Shown here piece after piece: positions 1-12,900 of a stretch of 64,000 nucleotides of DNA. This DNA comes from Utricularia gibba. Its lineage: Eukaryota > Plantae > Magnoliophyta. Both the position numbers and the translations under genes were made by a program. The stretch lies in NCBI GenBank assembly GCA_002189035.1, contig NEEC01000004.1, positions 3,224,001 through 3,288,000 on the forward strand, read 5' to 3'. Below the pieces are notes generated by a model. The model was not told where the DNA came from. It searched no databases and saw only the letters and a program-made list of their open reading frames with translations. Position 1 is the first letter of the stretch; each line of letters starts with the position of its first letter.

Positions 1-964
1 AAACCACAAATATAAGTGACACAAAATCACTTATCAAAGACCTAAGTAGAATTAGTGGAACACGAAAATTCAAATAGAAGTAATTCAGTTTCAGTTCAGA
101 CTTGAATTCTAGAATTTTTCAATTCAAGTTTTAGACTCCAGTTTATCTCTCTAGAGGAACTTTTCTTTAGAACATTGTTTTCATTTTCCTTGTTTTGTAT
201 GATTGTTTGTGGCCAGAAACTCTTGTTTCTTGGTTGGGAGACTTCCAACTCTATATTTCGTTAGTTAGTCTCTGCGTGATTATATTATAGACTTTTTGCA
301 ACAGTCCCTTATTTAAGATTCATGGTTAGTTGATCACTACCTACGAGTTTTGAAGAGTAACAATGTAGAAATCACCAACTCACCCTCTTTTGATTCAAGG
401 GAGATAACATTTTATCTATGACTATACCCCAAGATCAATAAACAGATAGTGAACTCGTATCTGGATTCATTGAGTCATTGGCAACATTCAGACACATATG
501 TACAATTCAATCGTGAGGGTAATGATGGTAGGGCCTTTTATCTTCTCGTTCGTCTAAAGGAGAGCAACATCGAGCTATTCCTGTGCCTCCTTGTCAAAGA
601 GTGTAAGGGAGGGTAGACAATTCCTTACTCCTATAATCAAGTACTCGAGAAGATCATAGAAAAGTGGAGACGTGACGAATGTGGCTGAGCAGGATTCTCA
701 TCCTAGTAACATTCTCCTTCTTTAAGATTCATTATTTAAGTTCATTTTTGTTGATTATTTACAATTCCCCTATTCAAGCTTCATCATTCACATTTCTACC
801 ACCTTTTATTTTATGAATTCGTTTATAAATCGTAACAGTTGTATTTGGTGTAATTTCAACTTTCACTAGAAAAACAACTCTTTGTGTTTGATACCCATAC
901 TATACAATTGTGTTATACGAGTTTTAAAAATTCTTAAAATTTGTTGTAGACACGATACATATCA
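1..964 (+). mobile_element. 3' portion of an Athila/Tat-like Ty3 LTR (solo or 3' LTR, cut by the window edge)
   Basis: Ends ...TTAAAATTTGTTGTAGACACGATACATATCA. This and AAAAACAACTCTTTGTGTTTGATACCCATACT (~870-900) resemble the 3' end of the family-A LTRs in this window (TTAAAATTTGTTGAGGAAACGACACGCAACA; AAAAACAACTCCCTGAGATCGATACTCGTACT). No PBS follows. Confidence 0.5.
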
Positions 965-3070
965 GTATCCCAAACCTTGATGGTGACAACGGCCATAAAA
1001 AGCACCGATCTTGCCTTTTTACAACCCTAAGATCGCTCGAATCCCAACATGTTGCTTCTCTTTGACAATAAATCTCTCAAGTTGATCCATAAAAAAAATT
1101 CTTTATTTAGTTCAACATATAAAAAGCAATTTTGACATCCATTTGATGGTGTTCCTAACCACTTGATGCCATCATTCTAAAAATTGATTTTGATTGTAGA
1201 ATGTTTCATTACAGGTGAGTAGACATATTTCAAATCCATGCTTGGAACCTGACTGAATCCCCTTGCTTCCAACCTTATTTTCTTCTCTTCTACAACATTT
1301 TCTTTGATCTTGAAAAATCCACTTGCACTTGATTTTTTCCTTTTGATCAGGAAGACTCATAAGTGTCCAAGTGTTGTACTTTAGAAGATAATTCATTTCT
1401 TCATTCATAGCATACCACCATTTTTTAGAATCATCCCATGAAATCACCTTCTCAAGGTCCTTTGATTCGCTACACGTGACAAGCTGATCTGGAGTAGTTA
1501 AGGAAAATGCAAGAAAATCTGCTTTTGCGTATCTTTGAGGGGGCCATATCTATCTCCTATAAGTAGCAAGGAATCTTTACGAAGTTTCCGTTAATGAAAT
1601 CTAATTGTTGGGATTTTTCTCATCAATGACAACTATCGAATTAGGATACTAACATCAGTTTATACATTATGTTTCTCATAACGCTCAACCTTCTTGAAAT
1701 CAGTTAAAAGTGATTGGCAAAATCAAACTTTTCCTAAGATCAGAAACTTGCCATTATTGGCCTTTAGCACAATAAAATATATTTTATTATGTATTTTTGA
1801 ATAATACTTTAACACACTATTATATCTGTTAAATATACTTTATTGTGTATTTAATATTTTAAATACATTTCTTGTGTATTTTTAGAACAATACTTTAGCA
1901 CACTATTACATCTAGTACACTAGTAAACTTTCTCTTCAAAGTGCTTGGAGAAATCAGATTTTTCCTAAGATTAGAAACATGACTTATCTTAGTTAGAGTT
2001 CTTACGTCCCATCATTTAATTCTAGGAGAACATTTCCAATGTCTGCCACATTCCTTGTGGAATTATCTCCCATAACCATCGCACCCACTGAAAACTCTTC
2101 ATAGCATTGAAAACTATTTCCTAAAAGGACAAACATGATAAGTGTGTTAGAATATATAATCCCACATCGGAAAATGAAAGTGGAATAGTCCAATATATAA
2201 GAAATTACATATCACATGTAATTGGTTGGGCCTAATCTTTTCTACTGTAATCAATGTTTCTTGTTTACTTGGGCTTCACGTGTGCGTTTGCCCGACCCAT
2301 CGAATCTTGAATTTCAACATGATATCAGAGCGTTTGCCTTGCGGCACGGCTTGGGTGGCCAAGATGGATTTCATATTGGTCTGAGATCCGGTTAAAAAAA
2401 AAAAGGAGATGCATTGGACATAGGCGAGCGGGTGTTAGAATACATAATCCAACATCGGAAAACGAAAGTGGAATAATCCAATATATAAGAAATTACATAT
2501 CACAAGTAATTGATTGGGTCGAATCTTTTATACTGTGATCAACGTTTCTTGTTTACTTGGGCTTCATGTGTGCACTTACCCAACCCATCGGATCCTGAAT
2601 TTCAACAAAGTGCAGCCATGGTGAAAATTCCAAGACTCATTTAATCTTTTCACTCCTTGTGCTGTGATGAGGAATTCAGCTTTTTCTTCTAATTCAAAAT
2701 TAGATATGTTATGGGAGTCAGTAGATTAACTTCTAGCAACTCGAGGAGTTGATATATCAGGGACCCTTTTAATAACTGATTTAGTCATCAAGATTTTAAA
2801 TTTTACTAGTTGTTTATCTAAGAATCCACCTTCTAATAGTTTATGTGTGCTGAGCTTTTTTTTTTTTTTCAAATTTAGCTTGTTTGGTAGTGACTTGGCA
2901 ACACATATTTGCTCTAGTTTCATCCACAAACTGTTTGTGACTCCTCAGAGTCTTTATTCAAAATGTCAAAGGAACGATACAAATAAATATTAAACCTCAC
3001 TTTTACAATCTCTTTGGTCATTTGTTTTCCTGTCAAACTTCTTGCTCATATACTGCAATTCTTTGACAGC
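965..3070 (-). mobile_element. Heavily decayed, internally deleted Ty1/copia retrotransposon (gag, protease and RT fragments)
   Basis: Minus-strand fragments: gag-like MWMKLEQICVAKSLPNKL (2726-2929), protease-region MVMGDNSTRNVADIGNV..NDGT (2002-2193) and RT-start ISWDDSKKWWYAMNEEMNYLLKYNTWTLMSLP..KCKWIF (1172-1447). Many stops and frameshifts. Confidence 0.8.
2145..2607 (+). mobile_element. Complete TRIM (terminal-repeat retrotransposon in miniature) nested in the copia remnant
   Basis: Two 175-bp direct repeats TGTTAGAAT...TTTCAACA (2145-2319, 2433-2607). PBS-like TGATATCAGAGC at 2320-2331 (one mismatch to the tRNA-iMet PBS TGGTATCAGAGC). Purine-rich AGGCGAGCGGG before the second LTR, 113-bp non-coding interior, perfect 5-bp TSD AAGTG (2140-2144, 2608-2612). 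Confidence 0.95.
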
Positions 3071-3758
3071 ATCTTCTACTTCTAGTTGTATTAAGACAAC
3101 AAGCACTTGAAGCTACCGAGTAAGAAAACAAGTATTTTTGTGATCCAACTTCAGAATACCACATTGTGCAGATAACATTTTTCTTCGCTAAAAAAACTGG
3201 TGGGCTTTGTAGATTAAATAACAACACCTGGTAAAACAAGTGTCCAGATATCAAAGAAAATGCAAGACACCAAATTTAAGTGGAAAAGATAAGGGGAAAA
3301 AGTTATGGCAAGAGATGTCGTCCACTATGTACAAAAGAATAACTTTTTTCATGATTTTAGCGTTCATTCCTTTTATGAATTTGGCTCTCACGAGTGATTG
3401 CCTCTTTTACTCAAAAACATTCGCATCAACTTTTGTGAATATGTTTACATAGTTTTCTTCTCACTCCTCCCCTAGTACTCCTCACCAATCATTTTAGGAA
3501 TAATATTGGTATAATTGAATGAGTTTTTGTTGCTATTCAAATTTACAGTTTTTAAGTTCAATTGATATTATCGAGGTTGGAACCTTCAAGACAAGGAGTG
3601 TAGTGTACTACAACGCCAAATGAAACCATTCGAAATTCAATCCGCGTCCAAAGGGAAAGATTTGGCGACTCTGACTCTGGACTCACGCAAGCTATCCATT
3701 TGACCAATAAACTGCGTGACCCTGGGGATGAGATGCCGTACATCATTGCACTACCAGC

Positions 3759-4106
3759 CACGTGCCCAATACATACGAAAATGAACCGCCGCCATCCAAC
3801 TGGCTGTGGGACCCAATACACACATGTCATCCTGCCCAGGAACCACGTGTAGGCCTGCCGGAGACTCGTCTCACCTCACCTCAATCACGATTGGAGAGCG
3901 ACTTGATCTTCAAAGCAAAACAGTGAATCCATTTCTTAGCTTCTTATTTCACGTGTTGTGGAGTAAGGAATCAAGTGTAAAATTACTCGCTCCGCAGGCT
4001 CACTTTTTTTTTTTTTTTCATTTGAAATGCTTTGGTTTGCTGAGAAGATGGCAGTGTTCCTAGAGATTGGATCCCCATCATGTCTTCCCCGAATCTCGTT
4101 CACGTG
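3759..4106. promoter_or_regulatory. Cluster of four perfect G-boxes (CACGTG) upstream of the DUF3537 gene
   Basis: CACGTG at 3759, 3844, 3950 and 4101; a CGCG-box-like ACGCGT at ~4183. Confidence 0.6.
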
Positions 4107-4468
4107 CGTATAGTTTCCAAATCTTCCAAGCCTCAACTTCGCCAACTGATTGCAGCCGCTCCCCGGGACCATCCAGGGAGCCACGCGTCTAGCACGCCAG
4201 GTTTTTAAGTCTATTTTTTCCTTGATCCTTGAAAGCCACCGACTGCCAGGTGGGTATACTGTGGTCCTGTTTCGTTCGTCGCATTGGAAAATTTCGCTCT
4301 CTTGTTTGTTAGATTTTTGGGGGGGTTTGAACAGAAGTTGAGAAGATCGTTTTCATTCAAGGCCATATTAAAATGCGTAGGTTGGATGCTATTTTCCATG
4401 TGAATCCCTCTTTATCTACTGTGTTTGCTTGGTGATCGTGAATTTCGCAGCTTCAATTCAAATCCCAA

Positions 4469-5966
4469 ATGGAAGGGGAGGTGACAGAGATATTCTTGCC
4501 TGGTTTTGGCGATTCATTTGATGATGGCACTTTTCCGTTGAAGAGCTACACCTCATGCTTGAGATGGGTGTTTTTTGATTGTTCCAATTTGTGGCGGGCT
4601 ACTCTTTCGTGGTCTATCTTTTTTCTACTCAATGGTGCTGTTCCTCTTGTTTCCCACTTCAACTTTTCTTGCACTCATTGTGATCTCAATCATCAGAGGC
4701 CTTTTAATGCAATCGTCCAAGCTTTTCTTTCATCATTTGCTGCACTTTCCTTCATCAGCCTCTTTTCCTTTGGGCATAGATATGGCCTTCGCAAGTTTCT
4801 GTTTCTTGATAAGTTATGCTACGAAAGTGAGAAAGTTCGGCAAGGATATACGCTGCAAATCAAGGTAAGCAGCATCTGCTGCTTTCATTTGCTGTCATTA
4901 TACTGATGTGGGATTTAAAAGTTAAATATCGATTTTGGTTGCAGCGTTCAATGAAGCTCCTTGCGGCTTTCATTCTACCTTGTTTCCTGGTTGATAGTGC
5001 ATACAAAATATGGTGGTTCAGCTCAGAGGTGACCCACATTCCGTATGTATACAGCATGTTCTGGAGCAAAGTGGTGTGGTGTACACTGTTGATGCTCTCC
5101 TGGTTATATCGCATCTCGCTCTGTTTCCTTGTGTGCATCCTTTTTCGCCTCACATGCTGCCTCCAAATCCTGAGACTAGAGGAGTTTTCTGAGCTGTTTG
5201 AGAAGAAATGCGATGTGGACTCAATTCTGATGGAGCATCTGAGGATCAGGAGGAATCTTTGTGTTATCAGTCACCGTTTTAGGCGCTTCATCTTGTTGAG
5301 TTTGATCCTAGTGACGATAAGCCAGTTCGTGTCCTTGCTTGTGACCACAAAGCCGAGTTCCCAACTCAACATCTTCGGAGCTGGAGAAGTTGCTGTAGGT
5401 TTCCTGAACTGTGCTTTTCCCTTTGGCGACAGAATTACTGAACGATTGTTTGTTGGGTGCAGCTATGCTCTGTCACCCTGGTAACGGGGCTGCTCATCTG
5501 TCTGCGGAGCGCAGCGAGGATCACTCACCGCGCACAATCCATCACATCTCTCGCAGCTAAATGGCATGCATTGGGAACCATCACCTCGTTTGATGAAGAA
5601 AACCAGATCTATTCAGCCCCTTGTGACGAAGAAGACAGCACGGAGACGGAAACAGATGAAGCGGATGGAGATGATGAGAAGACAAACCTCCAGCCGATTT
5701 CCATGAACGCCATATCTTACCAGAAGAGGCAGGCTTTAGGTGAGTTGCAAACAAATCCATTCTGAACTGCTTTGCAAAAGCTATGCAATGACTGACTGAC
5801 GGTGTGATGACTTGTTGTGGATGGGGCAGTGACCTACTTGGAGCACAACAGAGCAGGGATCACGGTGTACGGATTCACGCTGGACAGGGCATGGCTCCAT
5901 ACGATATTTGCTCTTCAGCTCACCCTCACGCTGTGGATATTGAACAAAACCATCGGCATTTCTTGA
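4469..5966 (+). CDS. DUF3537 family multi-pass membrane protein (4 coding exons)
   Basis: Exons 4469-4864, 4945-5394, 5463-5739, 5830-5966 with GT..AG introns join in frame. Motifs SWSIFFLL..VPLVSHF, YGLRKFLFLDKL, EHLRIRRNLCVISHRFR, ITHRAQSITSLAAKWH, YQKRQALVTYLEHNRAGITVYGFTLDR are typical of DUF3537. Confidence 0.88.
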
Positions 5967-7571
5967 TGCAGCATTGGGTTCTTCACAACAATGCAAGATG
6001 CCACTCCTCAATGAAAGAATTCAAGATGGAATGGAGCGATGGGCTGCATGTGCTGTGTGAGGATTTAAGCTGTGAGTTTGTTCTCCTTTTGTATGAAAAT
6101 AGCAGGAGAAGGTAGAATAGGACACTAGATGAAAAAAAGAAACTAGTAGTACCACTTCAATTTATGAAACAACAAAAATGCAATCCTGGAACTAAGAATA
6201 GCCTTTGTTCTTCAACATAAGATTTATTATCATGAGGCATATCCTTCAGTTGCAGCAGACGTGTGGTTTCTTTGGTTCTACATTTCTTCATTACCTTACG
6301 AACAAGGGACTGAAGACTGCATGTTCCAAAATTCAAGTTTCTGGTTAAAATCATTAGTTCCACAGTGTTGCTTCTATTGGAATAACAATGATGAAGAAGG
6401 CAGTGAACCTCACTAGCAGCAATGCAAATGGAATTGTATTCAATTGATCAACAGAACAATGAAAATCATAAACAAGAGAAAAGAAAGGTGGTCAGAGATC
6501 CACAAAATGCTCCGATTAGTGCACTCGCCTTGACTATGAGCTTGAGTAAATGGAAGTATATCTCGATGAATCTTCAAAAACGAATAGGGTAGGCATGTAC
6601 ATTTAGTGGTGTTTTGTATGAATAGGATAACCTTACACCATCAAAAAAACTCTTTTTTTTCAACAGCAAGCTATCAAACAACTCTTGCATTTCGAACCGA
6701 AAATAGATCATTCTCCATTACTCTTCTTCTCATTTCTTCTTTCAACCATGTTGTTCCTTTTCTTCGGCAGATTCTGTAATGAATTCTTACGGATAAAGAA
6801 ACCCGTATTCCACAACAACAGCAGTTTGGCGCGTTGTTTGTATGAAAATTTTAACTTGTTTTATTCAACCCAAGCAGGAATTTTTTAGGACACCTCGCCT
6901 GCCAAAAGCCAGTTCAGATGATGGTTGACGCTATTTGTGTCAAGATAACTAGGATTTGGATACAATTTATCCACGTTTGTGCTTCGTGTCACTGTCACTG
7001 CTGTGAGCCAGACATATTTTTCACTCCGGGAGTCCGGTGACACGTTGATCTCTAGTTCCACAAGCCAAAATTCGTGGCCCCCTTCACAGATTCCTCTTCT
7101 TCCACACCTGTTTCTTCCTTCTCCATATACTTTTACTCCCTCTTCCGCGCGCAAGTTTCCGTCTTTCGGTTCGGAATTAAGGTTTGATCTGCACCCCAGC
7201 AAGCTAAACAAGGCGGGATCTTTTAAGGTTAATCCCGTTGTTACCATCATTTTCGTTTATTAACCTGGGTGTCTATGATGTAGTGGTAATGACTGGCTTA
7301 ACCTATTTGATGAATATACTTGTGCTGATCTTTTTCTTTTGGGAGGACTTTGATTGACTAGTGGACTGGTTTCTAAAACTTTGATTTTATTTCCTTTCTT
7401 TTTTTTTGTTTATGTTTGTTAGATACTGTTCTCGCTGACAACTTTGAACAGTCTATTCTGAACTGCATTTAGATACTTGTTAATGATCATCCTTAGCATA
7501 CGTACGGTTTACTGCTGGTTTCAGGTCTCCACGTATATGCTCATCATCTCCGGAGTCTGAAATCAAAGAAG

Positions 7572-8775
7572 ATGAATGCATTGCAAGAAGCTTCTACGTT
7601 CAGGCTGACGCTGATTCACCCCCCAGTTGCTAGTGTCAGTTACATTGGCCCTGTAAAGGTCCTGTGTCATAAGGGGTTGCCGAGTGCTTCATACTCATGG
7701 AATTTCAGCAACCCTCCGACGCTCCACTGTGCCTCTCATCAAATGAGTTCAAAGATATGGCTGGTAAGCTGTCACCGGGGAAAGATATGCCTTTCCATTC
7801 TGTAGATTTTGTTTCATAATCCCGCATTTCTGCAGTGCCATTCTCAAGATTCCACATCCGCAGACGATGAGTATCGATCATCACGGAACATAGCCATCAG
7901 CTTGATTAGGCGATACCGTAATTTTGTTGAGCGTGGAGGAGGTGACAAACTGAAGGTAGTTGGTTTATATAGTTGGTTTGCGTCTTTTATGCTGACAAAA
8001 GGTGTGTGTGTGCTAGGAGTTCATCATTTCGGGAGTGAATGCATATGCACTGGGATGCACTGATAGAGGGCTGAGGAAGGAGCTAAACGACTTGAAGGAA
8101 GCGGGGGTGGAGATCGAAGCAATGGAAGGTTATGCCAGTAGCACTGGCCTCAAGTCCAAGATCATCTCTCAAGACGTACGTACTTTTTCTTCACTTGGAG
8201 GATGTTCTAATCTCGACACACAGTCCTCGCATACTCCTCCTCTGGTGACTGACTGTGTGTAGGTGGATGAGTGCATAAAGTGGGTGAGCCTCATCTTCAT
8301 CACCATTCTGTGCACGCCACAGCCGACCATAGTTCGATGGTCATCGGCGGCTCCAGTCTCGGAGGAAATGCTGATGGAATGGAAGGGGTTCTGTGCAATC
8401 ATCGCAAATGCATACTTCATGAGAGGAATGGCCTGGTGAGCCTCCGAGTGTCCTGTCCTCCTCCTAAATAGGAACGCTGAACATCCATCCATTCATCCAT
8501 CCATCCTATTCCTTGCGTTGTTGTTTGCAATGTGAAGGCTTCCCGTGAAGACCCTGCAGCTGGAGCAGTTGGCAGTGAGGGGCCACGCAGAAGAAGCATC
8601 CATAGTCGCCAGCAGAATGATGCTGGTATTCAGCACGCTCGAGGTCAGTCCGCAGCTTCCCCCTAAATTCCACAGACAAGCCATGCCATGCCATGCCTTG
8701 CCTCTCTATCCATACTCTGCTAAGGGTGACTTTGATTGATCGCAGGTTGTTTGTCCGCAGTGGCCAAGAACGTGA
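7572..8775 (+). CDS. Conserved uncharacterised plant protein with transit-peptide-like N-terminus (6 coding exons)
   Basis: Exons 7572-7763, 7836-7955, 8017-8175, 8263-8435, 8538-8643, 8746-8775 splice in frame via GT..AG. Product: Ser/Pro-rich N-terminus, then DDEYRSSRNIAISLIRRY..GGGDKLKEFIISGVNAYALGC..VDECIKWVSLIFITILCTPQPTIVRWS..WKGFCAIIANAY..WLPVKTLQLEQ..VFSTLEVVCPQWPRT*. A probable 5' UTR exon lies at ~7000-7226. Confidence 0.8.
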
Positions 8776-9653
8776 CACGTCTCTGTGCATTGTTGCTTCC
8801 CCGCCCCTCGTTCCCACTTCTTGTTTCTAGTATACTGCCTTCCTATTGGGCAAGGACTTTGGCACCAATATTCTCTAATATTTACCAAAATTATACGTCT
8901 AGTCTGTATTATTTGGTTAAATTAAAATGATACATTTAATGTCCATTAACACAATGGTTTCCTATTGTTTAATCAGACAAAATTTTGTTAATGTTTTATA
9001 ACTAGGATATCATTGATTCTCAACTATTTGAATATTTGATAACCGAACATGTGTTAGTCTTCATTATTTTTATAATATGATCAAATTGGTCTTCAAATTA
9101 AATTAACAACATAAATTATATTCATAATAATAAAATTGACTTATGTAATCAAATTCTAATTTTTTATCTCAAATTAGTATCCACCACATATTGTGCAGAC
9201 ATTGAACGCACTAGACTGGTTATTTTGAAAAGTCAACGTATTTCAAAAGTAACAAATGCTAATTTATTAAATATTAACTACTGTATATTTATTTTTTAAT
9301 TTAATAAATACTAATTCATGTATTTTTATTATTTATTTATTTTTTACTTACATATATCAATAATAAAATATAATTGCTTTTTAATTTTAAAATGTAAATG
9401 ATTATATTTTTAACATTTATTCAATCTTCAATACATCTATAAGGAATAAATTTATTTTGTATTTTAAAAAATTTAATTAAAAAGGGATTTTAGATTAAGA
9501 TTTGAAATACTAATACATAAAAATATTTGTGTTTTGTAAAAATTAAAATTATTCAAAAACTAGAAAATTAAATTTATTATACAATAATTTTAAAAACATA
9601 AAGTAACTATTATAAATGATAATGTGGAATAGAGTGAGATATAACACATATTT

Positions 9654-9990
9654 AGGGGTGAGACATTTATCTAAAAAATCGAACGAAACCAATAAGTTTA
9701 TCGTATTTTGTTGCATTGTTTTCCTTTGTTTGATATTTTTTGTTTTGATTGTTGAAGCATTATGTTGTTATTTTGCTTTTGTAATTTGATGAAATTATTA
9801 GGTTATAAGTAGTTTACAATTCAATTTTCCATTCCATTACATTTCTTTAGATTAATATTGGTTAATTGGTTAATCGGTTTGGGTGATTAAAGGACTAATA
9901 AATGGTTGAATGTTGCGGTTAATGGTTAACAAATTTATATTAATAACACCGATATTGACTGTTTAACCGTTTAACCAACGACTCCCATTA
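9654..9990. mobile_element. Possible decayed hAT-type MITE (AACCG/GGTTAA-rich)
   Basis: Starts TAGGGGTG and contains repeated TTAATTGGTT/TTAACCG motifs. The right TIR and TSD could not be confirmed. Confidence 0.3.
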
Positions 9991-12900
9991 CTAAACATAT
10001 CATTGTCTTTATTTTGATAAAGTAGACAAATAATCAAAATATTAGAATTTTATATTTTCTTTCTATATTAGATAATACTTTTAATTTATAGCTAAAGAAT
10101 CATCTTTTCTTCAAATGTTAAATAATAGTTATCAAATTTTTATGCTTATTTAAAGGGAAAACTAGTAAGATGTCACACATGATTTTTCATTACTACATCA
10201 CAAATGAATTTTCAACCATTTGTAGCAAAGTTATTTTGTGAAGGAAATAATATTGATCATCCAAATGACTATCGTGCTAATGACAAGTTGTTGGTATGCA
10301 AGCGAAATTGGTTATGTAGGCTACTTCATGCCATGAGTGTGTAAATTGGACTGTTTTGCATCTACATGTGGAGAAAATAACCACTCTTTCTACGTAATTA
10401 ATAGTTTGGCTTAGTAAGCAAAACTCTTGCTTAGTTATGACCCCACACTATTAAGCAAGATTCTTGTCCATTAAGTATAATATTATTCTAGTAATCAATA
10501 CTCTCGCTATTTAGGCAATAGTTTATACTTTTGCTCCGACAAGATCCATTAACTAAGCATTCTATGCTTGTGATCTTATAATTAAGAGTGGTGGGTTTTT
10601 TTAATTTTTTAAATTAATATATTGCTCATAAAATAAATTAAAAATTAGATTAATTCAACTATAAATAAAGATTTCAATCAAATACAATTCATTTATTTTT
10701 GCGATTCTCAATTGTGTTTCTTTCTTCATTGAAAAGTTTGATAACAAAATGATATCTAATTCTCTTTCAATACATGATTCTGATTTTTCATCTTTTGAAT
10801 CAGAACATGAGCCAAATACAGTTGAAAACACAGATGAAGATGAGTTTCAAAAAAATTTTGATACCAATAATCAATTATTATGAAATACGTCGATCTTGCA
10901 TTTACAATACACTACAATTCAATATATCATCTAAAGTATCTATTAAACTGTAAAATTAAAATAAGTGAATTATTCAATATCTATTAAAAAATCATTTAAA
11001 AAAATAATATATTAAAATATTCTCAAATCACAATAAAACTAAATATATTAAAATATTTGAATTTTTAAAAACTTTGCTTTAAAAAATACATAATTAAAAT
11101 GTAAAAAAAAAGCATATGAAAGATTTACAAAAAAATCGAATTAAATAAATCAAGTTTTATAACATTTTAACATAAACTATATAAATATTAATAAATTACA
11201 CGTATATTTTTTAAAAATTAGTCATACAAAAATAATTATAACACAATAAATATATGAGGACTAGAGTTACCAAGATTAATTGAGGTAGAAATGATCGAAC
11301 TACCCTTACAAAATTTGATAATTTATGTAATCCTTAATCCGAGCAAAAAAAAATCACAATAAACTTTTAGAGAAATAAAATATAAAAAATTATAATTATT
11401 ATAAAGAATTATAATTATTAATTAAATTAAAAACAGAATTAAATTACATAAATAGACTATAAATCAAAACAAACCATAGAATTCAATTCAAGTAATATGT
11501 GTTAATAATTAATAAATAAATAAACTCGTTTGTTAAATAAATCAAAAAAAATATAATATATAATTAATGAATTTTTAAAGGAAAATAAACACTAAAACAC
11601 AATTTTAGTTATTTACATACAAATTTTCTAGGAAAATTAATAAGTAAACAATTAATTGTAAAAAAAACAAAAAACTAATTATAAACCACTCGTAAGTTGC
11701 AATCATTGAATCCGTAAAAATAGAAGGTTCATTCTTGAATACGGTTCAAATTCTTTCGCTCCACGTAGAAAAGAATGTATAGATTTTTCTTAGCACACAA
11801 GAGTCTCGCTTACCAAACAAGATTATTGCTTACGTGGAGGACATCTTATTATTAGTGTCGACTTAATGCGAAGTAGCCCGATTTTCTCACTGTCCACATA
11901 ACCTTTTTAGCTGTGGTATGCATACTCGATCTCGATTTTTTCAGTGTGTGATATTAATAATTTGCATTGTAATGTTAATTTAATTATTCAATTTTATAAT
12001 TCATTTTTATGTTATACACATGTTATGAGAATCTCTACAAATAAGACTTGTTATATATTTTCAATTCAACTCATGTTGTCATAACCTATAATATTTTCAT
12101 GGAAATGATGTCAAAGATAAGATTATATCAAGATATTGAATTTAACCTTAATGTTTTAACAAATGAAGGTTAAGAAACTCATGGTAATTAAAAATAATTA
12201 AGCATCTAATTACTTGTAATTAATTTGAGTTGACTGCTTACTAACTTAAATTTTTGCATATTTTGTAGGTAATTTTCATAAGTCTAATGATAAAAATAAC
12301 GATCAACTAAAGGACAATCATGATTTTTTATTTGATAATTTGATTGATTATGATAATGATGATGAACAAGGATAAAAACCAAATAATGAAAATAATGAAG
12401 ATGAGCAATGATACAAAGCAAATTGATCAAAATAATTATGATCAATGAGTTCCATCAGCCATTATTGAAAATTTTATACCAGAGAATGAGAAAAATTCAG
12501 ATATATTTTATACCTCATTCATTCTTTGTCATCTATATTTACTAGATATTAGTGTTTTGAATTAAAAAATATATGTCAATAGGAAATGATCGATTATTCA
12601 CTAATGATTGTAAAAGAATTTATTATGTACCAAGTGCAAGCTATAAAACATGTTGAATTTCATTATAGTAGAAGATTTGATCAAGATTGTAAATAGAAAA
12701 TTCATTGTATATATTATAAAAAATATGTAATTTGGAAGATATCATAAATTGAAGAAATGTAATACGTAAATATATTTCAAAATTATCAAAATCTTTTTTA
12801 AAAGTAGATATTGCTATCAAAGTTAAAATTATTTATACTTCTTATGAAAAAAGGTTCAATGTATCTTATTATCGAGTTTATTACGAAATATGTAATAGAT

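Noticed and set aside
6130-6900. Short ORFs between the DUF3537 gene and the next gene as a separate gene
   Set aside because: No recognisable motifs or consistent splice chain; treated as UTR or intergenic sequence.
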